Origin: Nitrososphaerota archaeon
Lineage (GTDB): Archaea > Thermoproteota > Nitrososphaeria > Nitrososphaerales > UBA57
Assembly: GCA_013378385.1 (NCBI GenBank)
Contig: JACAFS010000012.1
Coordinates: 1 to 23,977, forward strand
Direction: 5' to 3'
Length of the DNA stretch: 23,977 nt
Shown piece after piece: positions 23,764 to 23,977 of this stretch (positions are counted from its first letter, which is position 1; the number at the start of each line of letters is the position of its first letter). The translations under genes and the position numbers were made by a program. The notes beneath the pieces were generated by a model. That model worked only from the letters and a program-made list of their open reading frames with translations. It ran no database searches and had not been told where the DNA came from.

Positions 23764-23977
23764 TTGATTACTGCATTTTCTCCCGGCTATATTACTGGCT
23801 TCTTTGAAGCAAATTATTCAAAAAATCAATTATTGGCTGGTTCAACAGGAGCAGGTATTTGCCTCGAAAAAGGCGTTACAACCACTGTTGATGTCATACC
23901 TTCTACAAAATTCAGATTAAAAATATTTATTAACGGAATTTTTTATCCAAATGCATTAGTCTCTCGTTCTGTTGTAA
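23764..23977 (+). CDS. 5' fragment of a GHMP-kinase-like protein (possibly pantoate-kinase-like); not in the supplied ORF track
   Basis: Frame 1 is open from the TAG at 23755-23757 to the window end. The TTG at 23764 gives LITAFSPGYITGFFEANYSKNQLLAGSTGAGICLEKGVTTTVDV. The AFxPGxITGFF start resembles archaeal GHMP/pantoate kinases. This call rests on memory only. Confidence 0.3.
   Translation, partial: MITAFSPGYITGFFEANYSKNQLLAGSTGAGICLEKGVTTTVDVIPSTKFRLKIFINGIFYPNALVSRSVV

Noticed and set aside
1-23977. CRISPR arrays, transposases/integrases, prophage or defence-island signatures
   Set aside because: I noticed no regularly spaced direct repeats and no recombinase, nuclease or toxin-like ORFs. 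Composition looks uniform by eye. The gene content is core metabolism plus the sulfur/selenium cluster.

Overview
AT-rich, tightly packed chromosomal segment with short or overlapping intergenic gaps and several TTG/GTG starts. It looks archaeal, most like a marine ammonia-oxidising thaumarchaeon (Nitrosopumilales-like). This taxonomic call is an inference from gene content: an archaeal Sm-like protein, a Rad51/RadA-family paralog, an NFACT/Rqc2-type protein and a MenA-like prenyltransferase. Most of the window is housekeeping: pyrG, pyrC, metK, pdxS/pdxT, rhomboid protease, glycosyltransferases, a flippase and an isocitrate-lyase-family enzyme. I see no rRNA, tRNA, CRISPR array, transposase/integrase or obvious repeat family. 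The stand-out is a ~6.5 kb bidirectional cluster (1836-8291) around one 68-bp AT-rich divergent promoter. The leftward operon encodes a Tat-signal beta-propeller, a membrane-anchored YVTN beta-propeller, a YeeE/YedE-family permease with all three signature cysteines, and a TusA/YedF-like protein. The rightward operon encodes an enlarged SelD-like (selenophosphate-synthetase-like, PurM superfamily) protein with the N-terminal Cys-x-x-Lys loop, two tandem TusA-like proteins and a tandem-domain rhodanese. I read this as a candidate extracellular-capture, import, persulfide/perselenide-relay and ATP-dependent-activation system for sulfur or selenium. I do not recognise that combination as a characterised pathway. 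All family calls come from motif recognition by eye on the supplied translations; no searches were run.
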